A stretch of DNA of 64,000 bases from an uncultured Flavobacterium sp. (GTDB lineage: Bacteria; Bacteroidota; Bacteroidia; Flavobacteriales; Flavobacteriaceae), in NCBI GenBank assembly GCA_964642945.1, contig CAZXRX010000005.1:12818-76817 (forward strand), read 5' to 3'. Position numbers and translations under genes: made by a program. Positions within the stretch are counted from its first letter, which is position 1. Each line of letters begins with the position of its first letter. The notes under the pieces were generated by a model. It had not been told where the DNA came from. It was given only the letters and a program-made list of their open reading frames with translations, and did no database searches. Positions 37,206-47,799 of this stretch are shown here, piece after piece.

Positions 37206-40200
37206 ATGAGTACAAAATTTACTGAATATAAAGGACTTGACCTGCCCACGGTAGCGTCTGAAGTACTTGATTTCTGGAAAAAAAACCACATATTCGAACA
37301 AAGCGTCACCTCGCGTGAAGGCAATACCCCATTCGTGTTTTTTGAAGGTCCGCCTTCTGCCAACGGATTGCCGGGCATCCACCACGTGATGGCGCGTGCC
37401 ATCAAGGATATTTTTTGTCGCTATAAAACCCAGAAAGGCTTCCAGGTTAAACGTAAAGCGGGCTGGGATACCCACGGCCTACCTGTAGAATTAGGTACCG
37501 AAGCCGCTTTGGGCATTACCAAAGAAGACATCGGGAAAACCATTTCGGTAGAAGAATACAACGAAGCGTGTAAAAAAACCGTCATGCGCTACACCGACGT
37601 CTGGAATGACCTGACCGAAAAAATGGGTTATTGGGTCGATATGGAAGACCCTTACGTTACCTACAAATCCAAATATATGGAAAGCGTGTGGTGGCTCCTC
37701 AAACAAATCTATGACAAAGGCCTGATGTACAAAGGCTACACCATACAGCCTTATTCGCCGAAGTCAGGAACCGGCTTGTCTTCGCATGAAGTCAACCAGC
37801 CGGGTGCTTACCGCGAAGTGACCGACACCACGATTGTGGCACAGTTTAAAGCGCTAAATGAAACCCTGCCTGCCTTTTTGCAAGGTTTTGGCGACATCCA
37901 TTTCCTGGCCTGGACAACCACTCCCTGGACATTGCCTTCCAACACCGCTTTGACGGTAGGACCTAAAATTGACTATGTGTTGGTGAAAACCTTCAATCCT
38001 TATACTTTTGAACCCATCAAGGTCATTCTGGCCAAAAACCTGGTCGGAAAGCAATTCGGTAAAGGATTTTTCGCCAGTGAAGCTGAAGAAGATTTTGCCA
38101 ATTTCAAGGCCGGCGACAAAAACATCCCTTTCACGGTTTTAACCGAAGCCAAAGGGAAAGATTTGGTCGGAATCCGGTATGAGCAATTGCTGCCTTATGT
38201 GCTTCCGTACCAAAACCCGGAAAACGCCTTCCGCGTGATTTCAGGCGATTTTGTGACGACAGAAGACGGAACCGGAATCGTTCACACTGCGCCGACTTTT
38301 GGGGCTGACGATGCCAAAGTAGCCAAGGAAGCCAAGCCCGAAGTACCGCCGATGTTGGTATTGGACGAAAATGAAGTGCCGGTACCGCTCGTCGATTTAC
38401 AAGGTAAATTCACCTCGCATATGGGCGAATTTGCCGGAAAATATGTTAAAAACGAATATTACGATGCCGGAACCGCACCTGAAAAATCAGTCGATGTGGA
38501 AATCGCCATCCGTTTGAAAGAAGAAAACAAGGCCTTCAAGGTCGAAAAATACGTGCACAGTTATCCGCACAGTTGGAGAACTGACGAACCTTTGTTGTAT
38601 TACCCGCTTGATTCGTGGTTCATCAGGATTACTGAGGTCCGTGACCGGATGTTTGACCTGAACGAAACCATCAACTGGAAGCCCAAAGCCACCGGGGAAG
38701 GCCGTTTTGGCAACTGGCTTAAAAATGCCAATGACTGGAATTTATCCCGTTCGCGCTATTGGGGCATCCCTTTGCCAATCTGGCGTACCGAAGACAAAAC
38801 CGAAGAAATCTGTATAGGTTCGGTAGCCAAATTGTATGCAGAAACCGAAAAAGCAATCGCTGCCGGTTTACAGAAGGAAAACCCTTTCAAAGGCTTTGAA
38901 GCCGGAAACATGGACGAATCCAATTATGACCTGGTTGACCTGCACAAAAATGTGGTCGACAACATCATCTTGGTTTCGCCTTCCGGAAAACCGATGACCC
39001 GTGAAACCGACCTGATTGACGTTTGGTTTGACAGTGGTTCGATGCCCTATGCCCAGTGGCATTATCCGTTTGAAAACAAAGACAAAATAGACCAGAACAA
39101 GGACTTCCCTGCCGATTTTATTGCGGAAGGCGTAGACCAGACCCGCGGTTGGTTTTATACCCTGCACGCTATCGCTACCTTGGTTTTTGACAAGGTCGCC
39201 TATAAAAACGTCGTTTCCAATGGTTTGGTGCTCGACAAAAACGGACAGAAAATGTCCAAGCGCCTCGGGAATGCGACCGATCCGTTCGAAACCATCGCCA
39301 ATCACGGCCCGGATGCGACGCGTTGGTACATGATATCGAATGCCAACCCTTGGGACAACCTGAAGTTTGACATTGAAGGCATTGCTGAGGTAAAAAGGAA
39401 GTTTTTCGGGACTTTATACAACACCTATTCGTTCTTTTCCCTCTATGCCAACATTGATGGTTTTACCTATGCTGAAGCCGAAATCCCTTTGGCCGACAGG
39501 CCTGAAATCGACCGTTGGATATTGTCTGAGCTCCACACACTCATCAAGGAAGTAGACGGTTTTTATGCCGATTACGAACCGACCAAGGCTGCCCGTGCCA
39601 TTTCAGATTTTGTACAGGAAAACCTGAGCAACTGGTATGTGCGTTTGTGCCGCAGGAGGTTCTGGAAAGGCGAATACGGCACCGACAAAATTGCGGCATA
39701 CCAAACCCTTTATACCTGCTTGCTGAATGTGGCCAAATTGTCCGCACCTATTGCGCCATTTTTCATGGATAAATTGTATACTGATTTGGTCAATGCCACC
39801 AATAGCGAGCCTTTCAGCAGTGTCCACCTGGCCCAATTCCCGGTTTCGGTTGAAAACTTTGTTGATAAATCGTTGGAAGACAAAATGATGAAAGCCCAGA
39901 CGGTTTCATCCCTCGTTTTGTCGCTCCGGAAAAAGGAAATGATCAAGGTACGCCAACCCCTGCAAAAGGTTATCATTCCTGTGCTCGACACCAAACAACG
40001 TACTGAAATCGAGGCGGTTTCAGACCTCATAAAGGCAGAAGTAAATGTTAAGGAAATTGAGTTACTCGACGATGCTTCAGGCGTATTGGTCAAGCAAATC
40101 AAACCCAATTTCAAGACTTTGGGGCCGCGTTTCGGAAAGGATATGGGCTTGATAGCCAAAGAGATACAATCGTTTGCGCCGGAACAGATCAACGAGATGG

Positions 40201-40607
40201 AAACTAAAGGTACTTTAACGCTTGATATATCAGGAAAAAGTATAATTTTATCATCAGAAGATGTTGAAATAACGTCCCAGGACATCCCCGGATGGCTCGT
40301 GGCCAGTGCCAACGGCATTACGGTAGCCCTTGACATTACTTTGACACCCGAACTGAAAAGCGAAGGCATTGCCCGTGAACTGGTCAACAGGATACAAAAC
40401 ATCAGGAAAGACAGTGGTTTTGAAGTGACCGACAAAATCAAGGTAGTACTTCAAAAAAATGAATTGTTGGAAAACGCCGTTTTGGCGAACCTCGATTACA
40501 TCAAGTCCGAAACGCTGACCGACCAGTTGGAATTTGAGGAAAGCGTGACCGATGGAACCGAAATAGAATTTGACGACATCAAAACAAAAATACTAATATC
40601 AAAATAG
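37206..40607 (+). CDS. ileS: Isoleucine--tRNA ligase
   Basis: EGPPSANG, GWDTHGLP, WTTTPWTLP, SRSRYWG and KMSKR. Confidence 0.98.
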   Translation: MSTKFTEYKGLDLPTVASEVLDFWKKNHIFEQSVTSREGNTPFVFFEGPPSANGLPGIHHVMARAIKDIFCRYKTQKGFQVKRKAGWDTHGLPVELGTEAALGITKEDIGKTISVEEYNEACKKTVMRYTDVWNDLTEKMGYWVDMEDPYVTYKSKYMESVWWLLKQIYDKGLMYKGYTIQPYSPKSGTGLSSHEVNQPGAYREVTDTTIVAQFKALNETLPAFLQGFGDIHFLAWTTTPWTLPSNTALTVGPKIDYVLVKTFNPYTFEPIKVILAKNLVGKQFGKGFFASEAEEDFANFKAGDKNIPFTVLTEAKGKDLVGIRYEQLLPYVLPYQNPENAFRVISGDFVTTEDGTGIVHTAPTFGADDAKVAKEAKPEVPPMLVLDENEVPVPLVDLQGKFTSHMGEFAGKYVKNEYYDAGTAPEKSVDVEIAIRLKEENKAFKVEKYVHSYPHSWRTDEPLLYYPLDSWFIRITEVRDRMFDLNETINWKPKATGEGRFGNWLKNANDWNLSRSRYWGIPLPIWRTEDKTEEICIGSVAKLYAETEKAIAAGLQKENPFKGFEAGNMDESNYDLVDLHKNVVDNIILVSPSGKPMTRETDLIDVWFDSGSMPYAQWHYPFENKDKIDQNKDFPADFIAEGVDQTRGWFYTLHAIATLVFDKVAYKNVVSNGLVLDKNGQKMSKRLGNATDPFETIANHGPDATRWYMISNANPWDNLKFDIEGIAEVKRKFFGTLYNTYSFFSLYANIDGFTYAEAEIPLADRPEIDRWILSELHTLIKEVDGFYADYEPTKAARAISDFVQENLSNWYVRLCRRRFWKGEYGTDKIAAYQTLYTCLLNVAKLSAPIAPFFMDKLYTDLVNATNSEPFSSVHLAQFPVSVENFVDKSLEDKMMKAQTVSSLVLSLRKKEMIKVRQPLQKVIIPVLDTKQRTEIEAVSDLIKAEVNVKEIELLDDASGVLVKQIKPNFKTLGPRFGKDMGLIAKEIQSFAPEQINEMETKGTLTLDISGKSIILSSEDVEITSQDIPGWLVASANGITVALDITLTPELKSEGIARELVNRIQNIRKDSGFEVTDKIKVVLQKNELLENAVLANLDYIKSETLTDQLEFEESVTDGTEIEFDDIKTKILISK

Positions 40608-40614
40608 AGAAAAG

Positions 40615-40995
40615 ATGGTAGAAGAAAAAACAAGATACTCAGACGCCGATTTGGCAGAGTTCAAGGAAATTATATTAAGCAAAATAGAAAAAGCACAGGT
40701 CGATCTAGAATTGATCAAAAGTGCCTATATGAATGACTTAAACAACGGAACGGACGATACTTCACCTACGTTCAAGGCTTTCGAGGAAGGCAGCGAAACG
40801 ATGAGCAAGGAGGCGAATTCGCAATTGGCCATCCGTCAGGAAAAATTCATCCGCGACCTTAAAAATGCCCTTTTCCGTGTAGAAAACAAAACCTATGGCG
40901 TGTGCAAAGTGACCGGAAAACTCATCAGCAAGGAAAGGTTGAAAATTGTTCCGCATGCCACGATGAGCATTGAGGCCAAAAACATGCAGCGATAA
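40615..40995 (+). CDS. TraR/DksA-family transcription factor
   Basis: Coiled coil followed by AL.R....YG.C..TG..I..ERL..VPHA. Confidence 0.85.
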   Translation: MVEEKTRYSDADLAEFKEIILSKIEKAQVDLELIKSAYMNDLNNGTDDTSPTFKAFEEGSETMSKEANSQLAIRQEKFIRDLKNALFRVENKTYGVCKVTGKLISKERLKIVPHATMSIEAKNMQR

Positions 40996-41017
40996 TATTG
41001 CTCAAACACTATAATTT

Positions 41018-41042
41018 ACGCTCCTTTTGGAGCGTTTTTTTT
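41018..41042 (+). terminator. Intrinsic terminator
   Basis: ACGCTCC-TTTT-GGAGCGT followed by T run. Confidence 0.8.
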
Positions 41043-41109
41043 AAAATAATACTATTTTTGCACCGCACTTGGGCCCAAGGCTTTACAGAACGCAGTTAAA
41101 CCACAGAAG

Positions 41110-41745
41110 ATGAAACTCAGGCATTCCGCTTTTTTGATATTCCTCATTTTACTTATTGACCAGTTTTCAAAAGTATATGTAAAGACCAACTTTCAATACG
41201 AAGAAGAAGTACCGGTGTTCAGTTGGTTCAAACTGCTTTTTATTGAAAACGAAGGCATGGCCTGGGGTACTGTCATTCCTGGGGAATACGGCAAGCTTAT
41301 CCTGACCGTCTTCCGGATTTTTGCCGTGTTCGGCATCGGCTACTGGCTCACAGATTCAGTACAGAAAGAGCGTTCCAACTACCTGATTACCGCCATCGCA
41401 CTGATTTTTGCCGGGGCATTGGGCAACATCATTGACTCAGTTTTTTACGGGGTGGTATTCAACGACAGCCACAACCAACTCGCTACGCTTTTTGCTGATA
41501 ACCCTTACGGAACCTGGTTTCACGGCAAAGTGGTCGACATGTTTTATTTTCCAATTTGGGAAGGTTACCTGCCCGACTGGCTGCCTATCTGGGGAGGTAA
41601 GTACTTCCGGTTTTTCAATGCCATTTTCAACATAGCCGATGTGGCGATTTCCACCGGTGTGGGCATCCTGATTGTGTTCAACAAAAAAGCCTTTACCCTT
41701 CCGAAGAACAGCATTTCAAGGGTTTTCCACGACAAATTCGATTAG
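41110..41745 (+). CDS. lspA: Lipoprotein signal peptidase II
   Basis: DQ.SK, N.GMAWG, GALGNIID, VVDM and FNIAD. Confidence 0.95.
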   Translation: MKLRHSAFLIFLILLIDQFSKVYVKTNFQYEEEVPVFSWFKLLFIENEGMAWGTVIPGEYGKLILTVFRIFAVFGIGYWLTDSVQKERSNYLITAIALIFAGALGNIIDSVFYGVVFNDSHNQLATLFADNPYGTWFHGKVVDMFYFPIWEGYLPDWLPIWGGKYFRFFNAIFNIADVAISTGVGILIVFNKKAFTLPKNSISRVFHDKFD

Positions 41746-42305
41746 AATTGATAGATTTTATCAGGGGTCACACAATAATCCAAGCGGATATCTGTGGGTA
41801 ATATTCCAGGAATTCTATCTTCAGGTTCAAAAAAAGATAATCCTATTTTTAGGGTTTCCGGCCTGCATCCGGCAAGGAAAATATCATAAAAGCCTTTGCC
41901 GTAACCCACACGGTGCCCTTTTGGGTCATAGGCGAGCAGCGGCACAAAAACCACATCGATTTGGTCAACAGGTACTTCCAAACCGTTTATGGGTTCAGGT
42001 ATTCCGTAGGCATTGACCGCCAATTTCGTGTTATCAGTAAGTAAAATGTGTGTCAGCTGACGGGTTTCGAAATCACTCCGCGCCACCACGATTTCCTTGT
42101 CTTTTCCGGCCAACACCTGAAGGACAAATTCGGTATCAATTTCCTTGTGTTTGGCGATGGTCAGGAACAGGTGGTAATAGGTGTGCTGCCAGATGTTTAA
42201 TTCGAGCAGTTTATTGGCGATGGCAAGGCTTTTTTCCTCGATTTCATTTGCTGTGAGGGCCTGCCGGAGTGCTTTGTAGTGTTGCCGTAATGCGGGTTTA
42301 TCCAT
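41742..42305 (-). CDS. 5-formyltetrahydrofolate cyclo-ligase
   Basis: K..LR, YGIPEP and VPLLAYD..GHRVGYGKGFYD. Confidence 0.93.
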   Translation of the reverse strand: MDKPALRQHYKALRQALTANEIEEKSLAIANKLLELNIWQHTYYHLFLTIAKHKEIDTEFVLQVLAGKDKEIVVARSDFETRQLTHILLTDNTKLAVNAYGIPEPINGLEVPVDQIDVVFVPLLAYDPKGHRVGYGKGFYDIFLAGCRPETLKIGLSFFEPEDRIPGILPTDIRLDYCVTPDKIYQF

Positions 42306-42377
42306 AACGTAAAAGTAGCAAAATTGCATTTGTTTTGTGTAGAATTAAGCCTTAAATTTGTTACAATCCAATCTTCC

Positions 42378-44174
42378 ATGAGCCTTCCGTCTTTAGATAT
42401 CCAGATACAAACCTTGCCCAGCAATCCGGGCGTGTACCAATATTATGACAAAGACGGCAAAATTTTGTACGTCGGAAAGGCCAAGAACCTCAAAAAACGC
42501 GTCAGTTCCTATTTCAACAAAGTCCATGACAATGCCAAAACCAATGTCATGGTCAGGAAAATAGTGACCATCAAACACATTGTGGTCGCTTCAGAACAAG
42601 ATGCTTTGCTGCTCGAAAACAACCTCATAAAAAAGCACCAGCCCCGTTACAACGTATTGCTTCGGGACGATAAAACCTACCCTTGGATCTGCATTAAAAA
42701 AGAACCCTTTTCGCGTATTTTTTCAACCCGGAAGATGATTAAGGATGGCTCAGAATATTTTGGGCCTTACACCAGTTTCAAGACGGTGCACACCATCATG
42801 GGCCTCATCAAGGAATTGTATCCGTTACGCACCTGCAATTACGACCTGAATGAGGAAAACGTGAAAAACCACAAATACAAGGTCTGTTTGGAGTACCATA
42901 TTGGCAACTGCAAAGGCCCTTGTGAAGGTCTCGAAAGCTTGGCCCATTACCAGCAGCAGGTGGACGCCATACGACAGATACTCAAAGGCAATTTCAAGGA
43001 CAGTTTGCGCGATTTCAAAAAACAGATGAACAGCCTGGCTGCCGAAATGAAGTTTGAAGCAGCCCAAAAAATCAAGGAAAAAATCGAGGTGTTGGAAAAT
43101 TACCAATCGCATTCCACCATCCTGAACCCGAAAATATCCAATATCGACGTGTTTTCGATTGTGGCTGACGAAGCCATGGCCTATGTCAATTTCCTGCAGA
43201 TTTCGCATGGGGCCATTATCCGTTCGTATACACTCGAACTCCGGAAAAAACTCGACGAAACCAACGAAGAATTACTGGAACTGGCTGTGGTCGAACTCCG
43301 CGAACGTTTCCACCTGACTTCCAAGGAAATCATTTTGCCTTTTCCACTCGATTTCGGCGACAACATCAAGGTCACTGTGCCCCAATTGGGCGACAAAAAA
43401 CAAATACTTGACTTGTCTGAGCGCAATGCCAAGTACTACCGCATGGACCAGCTCAAGCAAATCCAGATAGTCGACCCCGAACGGCATACCAACCGCATCA
43501 TGGCCCAGATGCAGAAAGACTTAAGGCTGTCTGTCGAACCACGCCACATCGAGTGTTTTGACAACTCAAACATCCAAGGGACCAACCCGGTGTCGGCCTG
43601 CGTGGTGTTCAAGGAAGGCAAGCCGTCTAAAAAGGATTACCGTCATTTCAACATCAAATCGGTCGAAGGGCCGAACGATTTTGCCTCGATGGAAGAAGTG
43701 GTCTATCGTCGTTACAAACGGCTCTTGGAGGAAGACCAACCCCTGCCGCAACTCATCATCATTGACGGTGGTAAAGGACAGCTTTCGTCGGCCTTGAAGA
43801 GTCTGGAAATGTTGGGACTTCGCGGCAAAATTGCCATTATCGGCATCGCCAAACGTTTGGAGGAATTGTTTTACCCAGACGATCCGGTGCCGTTGTACCT
43901 AGACAAAAAATCAGAAACACTCAAAATCATCCAACAACTGCGCAACGAGGCACACCGTTTCGGCATTACACACCACCGCGACAAACGCAGCAAATCGGCC
44001 CTGAATTCCTCTATGGAAACCATTCCGGGAATTGGAGAAAAAACCATGCTCACGCTCATCAAACACTTCAAAAGTGTCAAAAGATTGAAATTGGCCACAG
44101 AAAAAGAAATTTCTGACGTTATTGGTGTATCAAAAGCCAAAAAAATTTCCGACTTTTACAAAAAAGAACCATAA
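42378..44174 (+). CDS. uvrC: Excinuclease ABC subunit C
   Basis: GIY-YIG PGVY...YVGKAKNL, IECFDNSN, IDGGKGQL and HhH IPGIG. Confidence 0.97.
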   Translation: MSLPSLDIQIQTLPSNPGVYQYYDKDGKILYVGKAKNLKKRVSSYFNKVHDNAKTNVMVRKIVTIKHIVVASEQDALLLENNLIKKHQPRYNVLLRDDKTYPWICIKKEPFSRIFSTRKMIKDGSEYFGPYTSFKTVHTIMGLIKELYPLRTCNYDLNEENVKNHKYKVCLEYHIGNCKGPCEGLESLAHYQQQVDAIRQILKGNFKDSLRDFKKQMNSLAAEMKFEAAQKIKEKIEVLENYQSHSTILNPKISNIDVFSIVADEAMAYVNFLQISHGAIIRSYTLELRKKLDETNEELLELAVVELRERFHLTSKEIILPFPLDFGDNIKVTVPQLGDKKQILDLSERNAKYYRMDQLKQIQIVDPERHTNRIMAQMQKDLRLSVEPRHIECFDNSNIQGTNPVSACVVFKEGKPSKKDYRHFNIKSVEGPNDFASMEEVVYRRYKRLLEEDQPLPQLIIIDGGKGQLSSALKSLEMLGLRGKIAIIGIAKRLEELFYPDDPVPLYLDKKSETLKIIQQLRNEAHRFGITHHRDKRSKSALNSSMETIPGIGEKTMLTLIKHFKSVKRLKLATEKEISDVIGVSKAKKISDFYKKEP

Positions 44175-46429
44175 TGCACAAACAGCCATCAGCGGGAAAC
44201 AGCTTTGTTCACAGGATTTTTCCTGTGGTATTGTTCTTCCTGTTGTCCCTTTCTTTTTTTCTTTCTTCATCGGCTTATTCACAAGACAATCCAAAACGCC
44301 AAAAAATCGGATTGGTGCTGAGTGGCGGTGGGGCCAAGGGATTTGCCCATATCGGCGTGCTGAAAGTACTGGAGCAGGCCGGCATCAAAATCGATTATAT
44401 CGGCGGAACCAGCATGGGTGCGGTTGTGGGCGGATTGTATGCGTCTGGGTATAGCGCCAACCAAATTGACTCCATCTTTACCCATACCAATTTTGACGAA
44501 TTGCTTAGTGACTATATCCCGAGAACTACCAAAAGTTTTTACGAAAAACGCAATGACGAATTGTATGCGCTTTCCCTTCCCTTCAACAAGTTCAGTATCG
44601 GCATCCCGATAGCGCTTTCCAAAGGGATGTACAACTATAATTTACTCACTAAACTGACCCATGATGTGCGTCATGTGCGGGATTTCAGCAAACTGCCCAT
44701 TCCATTTGTCTGTATTGCTACCGACATCGAAAAAGGCCAGGAAGTAGTGTTGAAAGGTGGCTGCCTGCCCCAGGCTTTGGCGGCGAGTTCGGCCTTCCCG
44801 ACACTTTTTTCGCCAGTCGAAATTGACGGCAAACTGCTTATTGACGGAGGGGTTTCAAACAATTATCCGGTGGAGGAAGTGCGTAAAATGGGTGCTGATT
44901 TCATCATTGGTGTGGATGTGCAGGACGACCTGAAAGACCGCAAATCACTTCAGGGTGCTACCAAAATCCTGGTTCAGATTTCCAACCTGCAGATGATTGA
45001 AAGCATGAAGGAAAAAGTGACCAAAACCGACATTTACCTGAAGCCCGATATTGACGGTTACAGCGTGATTTCGTTTGACCAGGGCAAGGACATCATCCGT
45101 AAAGGGGAAGAAGCTGCTTTTGCTGTATATGAAAAATTGAAACAACTGGGCACGATCGAACCGAACACCACCCAACACAAAAAATGTATTACTGATACGC
45201 TTCAAATCAGGAATATCTGGGTCAATGAGGTGAAAGATTATACGGCTTCGTACGTAATAGGAAAATTGAATTTCAAGGAAGGTTCTACCATTACCTATGA
45301 AGATTTGAAAAACGGCATCAACAACCTCAATGCGACGCAAAACTTCAGTGCCATTGCTTTTTCATTGGAAGAAAACAACGGCAAGGACGATCTTGTGGTC
45401 AACCTGACAGAAAATGCGAACCGTACCTACCTTAAATTCGGGCTGCATTACGATGGACTATACAAAAGTGCCATCTTGGTCAACCTCACCCAAAAGAAAT
45501 CGCTTTTCCGGAACGATGTGTTGTCATTGGATGTGGGCCTCGGCGACAATTTCAGGTACAACCTCGATTATTATGTAGACAACGGCTTTCATTTCAGTTA
45601 TGGTTTCAAATCGCGATACAACCAGTTCAACAGGAATGTCCTGACTGATTTCAGTGATGGTAACCTGTTTTCCCAGCTCAACATCAACAGCCTGAATATT
45701 GACTTTTCCGATTTTACGAACCAAGCCTATGCCCAGACCATTTTTGTGCAGAAATTCCTGATTGGCGCTGGAGTGGAGCTGAAACATTTGAAGATACGGT
45801 CCAAAACCATCGAAAACAACAACCCTGTTTTTGAAAACAGCGATTATGCGAGTGTTTTCGGCTATTTGAAATATGACTCTTACGACAACAAGTACTTCCC
45901 TAAAAAAGGCTGGTCTTTCAATGGCGATGTACAGTCTTTCCTGTATTCAACCGATTACACGGAGGAATTCAACCGTTTCACCATCGTGAAATTTGACGCT
46001 GGGGTCACCCGTACTTTCTTCAAAAGGCTCAACTTTAAGTTGCAGGCTGAAGCAGGTGCCGCCATTGGTGAACAAAGCGTCCACTTCATGGATTTTGTGT
46101 TGGGCGGTTACGGCTATAACACCATTAACAACTTCAAGCATTTTTATGGCTATGATTTTGTGAGTATTGCTGCCGACAGCTACATCAAGACTTTGGCTAC
46201 CGTCGATGTGGAGTTTTACAAAAAACACCACCTGAATTTTTCGGCCAACTACGCCAATGCCGAAAACAAATTGTTCAGTACAGGCAATTGGCTTTCTGCA
46301 CCCACTTATACGGGTTATGCAGCCGGCTATGGTTTCGAGACCATATTGGGCCCGATAGAAATCAAATATTCGTGGTCGCCCGAACTGCCAAAAGGCTTTT
46401 TTTGGTTCAGTTTTGGCTTTTGGTTTTGA
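44174..46429 (+). CDS. Patatin-like phospholipase with C-terminal POTRA/beta-barrel (PlpD-like)
   Basis: LSGGGAKG, GTSMG and DGG motifs; C-terminal barrel ending FGFWF. Confidence 0.85.
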   Translation: MHKQPSAGNSFVHRIFPVVLFFLLSLSFFLSSSAYSQDNPKRQKIGLVLSGGGAKGFAHIGVLKVLEQAGIKIDYIGGTSMGAVVGGLYASGYSANQIDSIFTHTNFDELLSDYIPRTTKSFYEKRNDELYALSLPFNKFSIGIPIALSKGMYNYNLLTKLTHDVRHVRDFSKLPIPFVCIATDIEKGQEVVLKGGCLPQALAASSAFPTLFSPVEIDGKLLIDGGVSNNYPVEEVRKMGADFIIGVDVQDDLKDRKSLQGATKILVQISNLQMIESMKEKVTKTDIYLKPDIDGYSVISFDQGKDIIRKGEEAAFAVYEKLKQLGTIEPNTTQHKKCITDTLQIRNIWVNEVKDYTASYVIGKLNFKEGSTITYEDLKNGINNLNATQNFSAIAFSLEENNGKDDLVVNLTENANRTYLKFGLHYDGLYKSAILVNLTQKKSLFRNDVLSLDVGLGDNFRYNLDYYVDNGFHFSYGFKSRYNQFNRNVLTDFSDGNLFSQLNINSLNIDFSDFTNQAYAQTIFVQKFLIGAGVELKHLKIRSKTIENNNPVFENSDYASVFGYLKYDSYDNKYFPKKGWSFNGDVQSFLYSTDYTEEFNRFTIVKFDAGVTRTFFKRLNFKLQAEAGAAIGEQSVHFMDFVLGGYGYNTINNFKHFYGYDFVSIAADSYIKTLATVDVEFYKKHHLNFSANYANAENKLFSTGNWLSAPTYTGYAAGYGFETILGPIEIKYSWSPELPKGFFWFSFGFWF

Positions 46430-46628
46430 TTATTGTTCAACTTTTTTTCCGATATTTGTGTAATGAATCATTGGAATGGATTATTGGGCCACTTAAAATT
46501 CCTTATCAAGAGAAATCCTGAATGAGGCAATCCTCTTGGGCAGTAACTACGCAGTAAGCCCAGACTTCGCTTTTTGACTTAAAACAGCCTGTCTTTATCA
46601 GGTTATTATCAACAAAACAAAAAGAAAA

Positions 46629-47786
46629 ATGCCAATATATCACAAACTGGGAAATTTTCCGCAAAAGCGGCATATCCTGTTCGAAAAACCCAACGGCGGA
46701 TTGTACTACGAGCAACTCTTCGGAACTGAAGGCTTCAGCGGACATTCCTCCTTACTATACCACGTGCACCGTCCGACCCAGGTGAAGGAAATTACGAAAT
46801 CCTACTCGGTCGAACCCAAAATTGCCATCGACAAGAACATCAAATCACTTTTGCTTAAAGGCTTTGAAGTGCAGCCGGCAGCTGACTTCCTCGAAAGCCG
46901 CAAAGCGATGCTGCTCAACCGCGACTGCATTATCGGCCTGGCTGCCCCCAAACAATCACTCCGTTCTTATTTCTACAAAAATGCCGATGCCGATGAAATG
47001 CTTTTCATCCACAAAGGTTCCGGAAAACTGAGAACCATGATGGGCAACATCGATTTTGAATACGGCGATTACCTGATTATTCCGCGTGGGATGATTTACC
47101 AAATTGATTTTGACAGTACAGACAACCGTATTTTTTATGTAGAATCATACACGCCGTTTTATACGCCCAAACGATACAAAAATGAGTCAGGGCAGCACCT
47201 CGAGCATGCCCCGTTTTGCGAAAGGGATTTTAAATTGCCAACGGAACTCGAAACCTTTGACGAAAAAGGCGATTTCCTCATTAAGGTGAAAAAAGAAGGT
47301 ATGATGCATGAAATAATCTATGCCACGCATCCTTTTGACGTCGTAGGCTGGGACGGTTATAACTTCCCGTACGGATTCTCCATCCACAACTTCGAACCGA
47401 TTACCGGCCGCGTACACCAACCGCCACCGGTACACCAAACTTTTGAAACCGCTGCCTTTGTGGTTTGTTCGTTCTGTCCGCGGTTGTACGATTACCATCC
47501 GAAAGCCATTCCGGCACCTTACAACCACAGCAATATCGATTCTGATGAGGTGTTGTATTATGTGGATGGCGATTTCATGAGCCGCAACAACATCGAACAA
47601 GGGCATATTACCCTGCATCCGAAAGGCATTCCGCATGGTCCTGCACCAGGCGCCATGGAACGCAGCATCGGCCAAACCGAAACACAGGAACTGGCGGTGA
47701 TGGTAGATACCTTCAGGCCATTGATGGTGACCGAAGAAGCCATGGCCATCGATGACGGAAAATATTATAAATCCTGGGTAGAATAA
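46629..47786 (+). CDS. hmgA: Homogentisate 1,2-dioxygenase
   Basis: NADADE, HPFDVVGWDG, HQPPPVH, H.NIDSDE and GIPHGP; near hppD. Confidence 0.9.
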   Translation: MPIYHKLGNFPQKRHILFEKPNGGLYYEQLFGTEGFSGHSSLLYHVHRPTQVKEITKSYSVEPKIAIDKNIKSLLLKGFEVQPAADFLESRKAMLLNRDCIIGLAAPKQSLRSYFYKNADADEMLFIHKGSGKLRTMMGNIDFEYGDYLIIPRGMIYQIDFDSTDNRIFYVESYTPFYTPKRYKNESGQHLEHAPFCERDFKLPTELETFDEKGDFLIKVKKEGMMHEIIYATHPFDVVGWDGYNFPYGFSIHNFEPITGRVHQPPPVHQTFETAAFVVCSFCPRLYDYHPKAIPAPYNHSNIDSDEVLYYVDGDFMSRNNIEQGHITLHPKGIPHGPAPGAMERSIGQTETQELAVMVDTFRPLMVTEEAMAIDDGKYYKSWVE

Positions 47787-47799
47787 AAAACTAAAACAA

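Noticed and set aside
46503..46620. TTATCAAGAG start resembling a SAM-I riboswitch; CTGAATGAG resembling a hammerhead core
   Set aside because: The GAGGGA, GCAACC and GTGC core of SAM-I is missing, and the hammerhead spacing and GAAA strand do not fit. Kept only as an unassigned structured leader.
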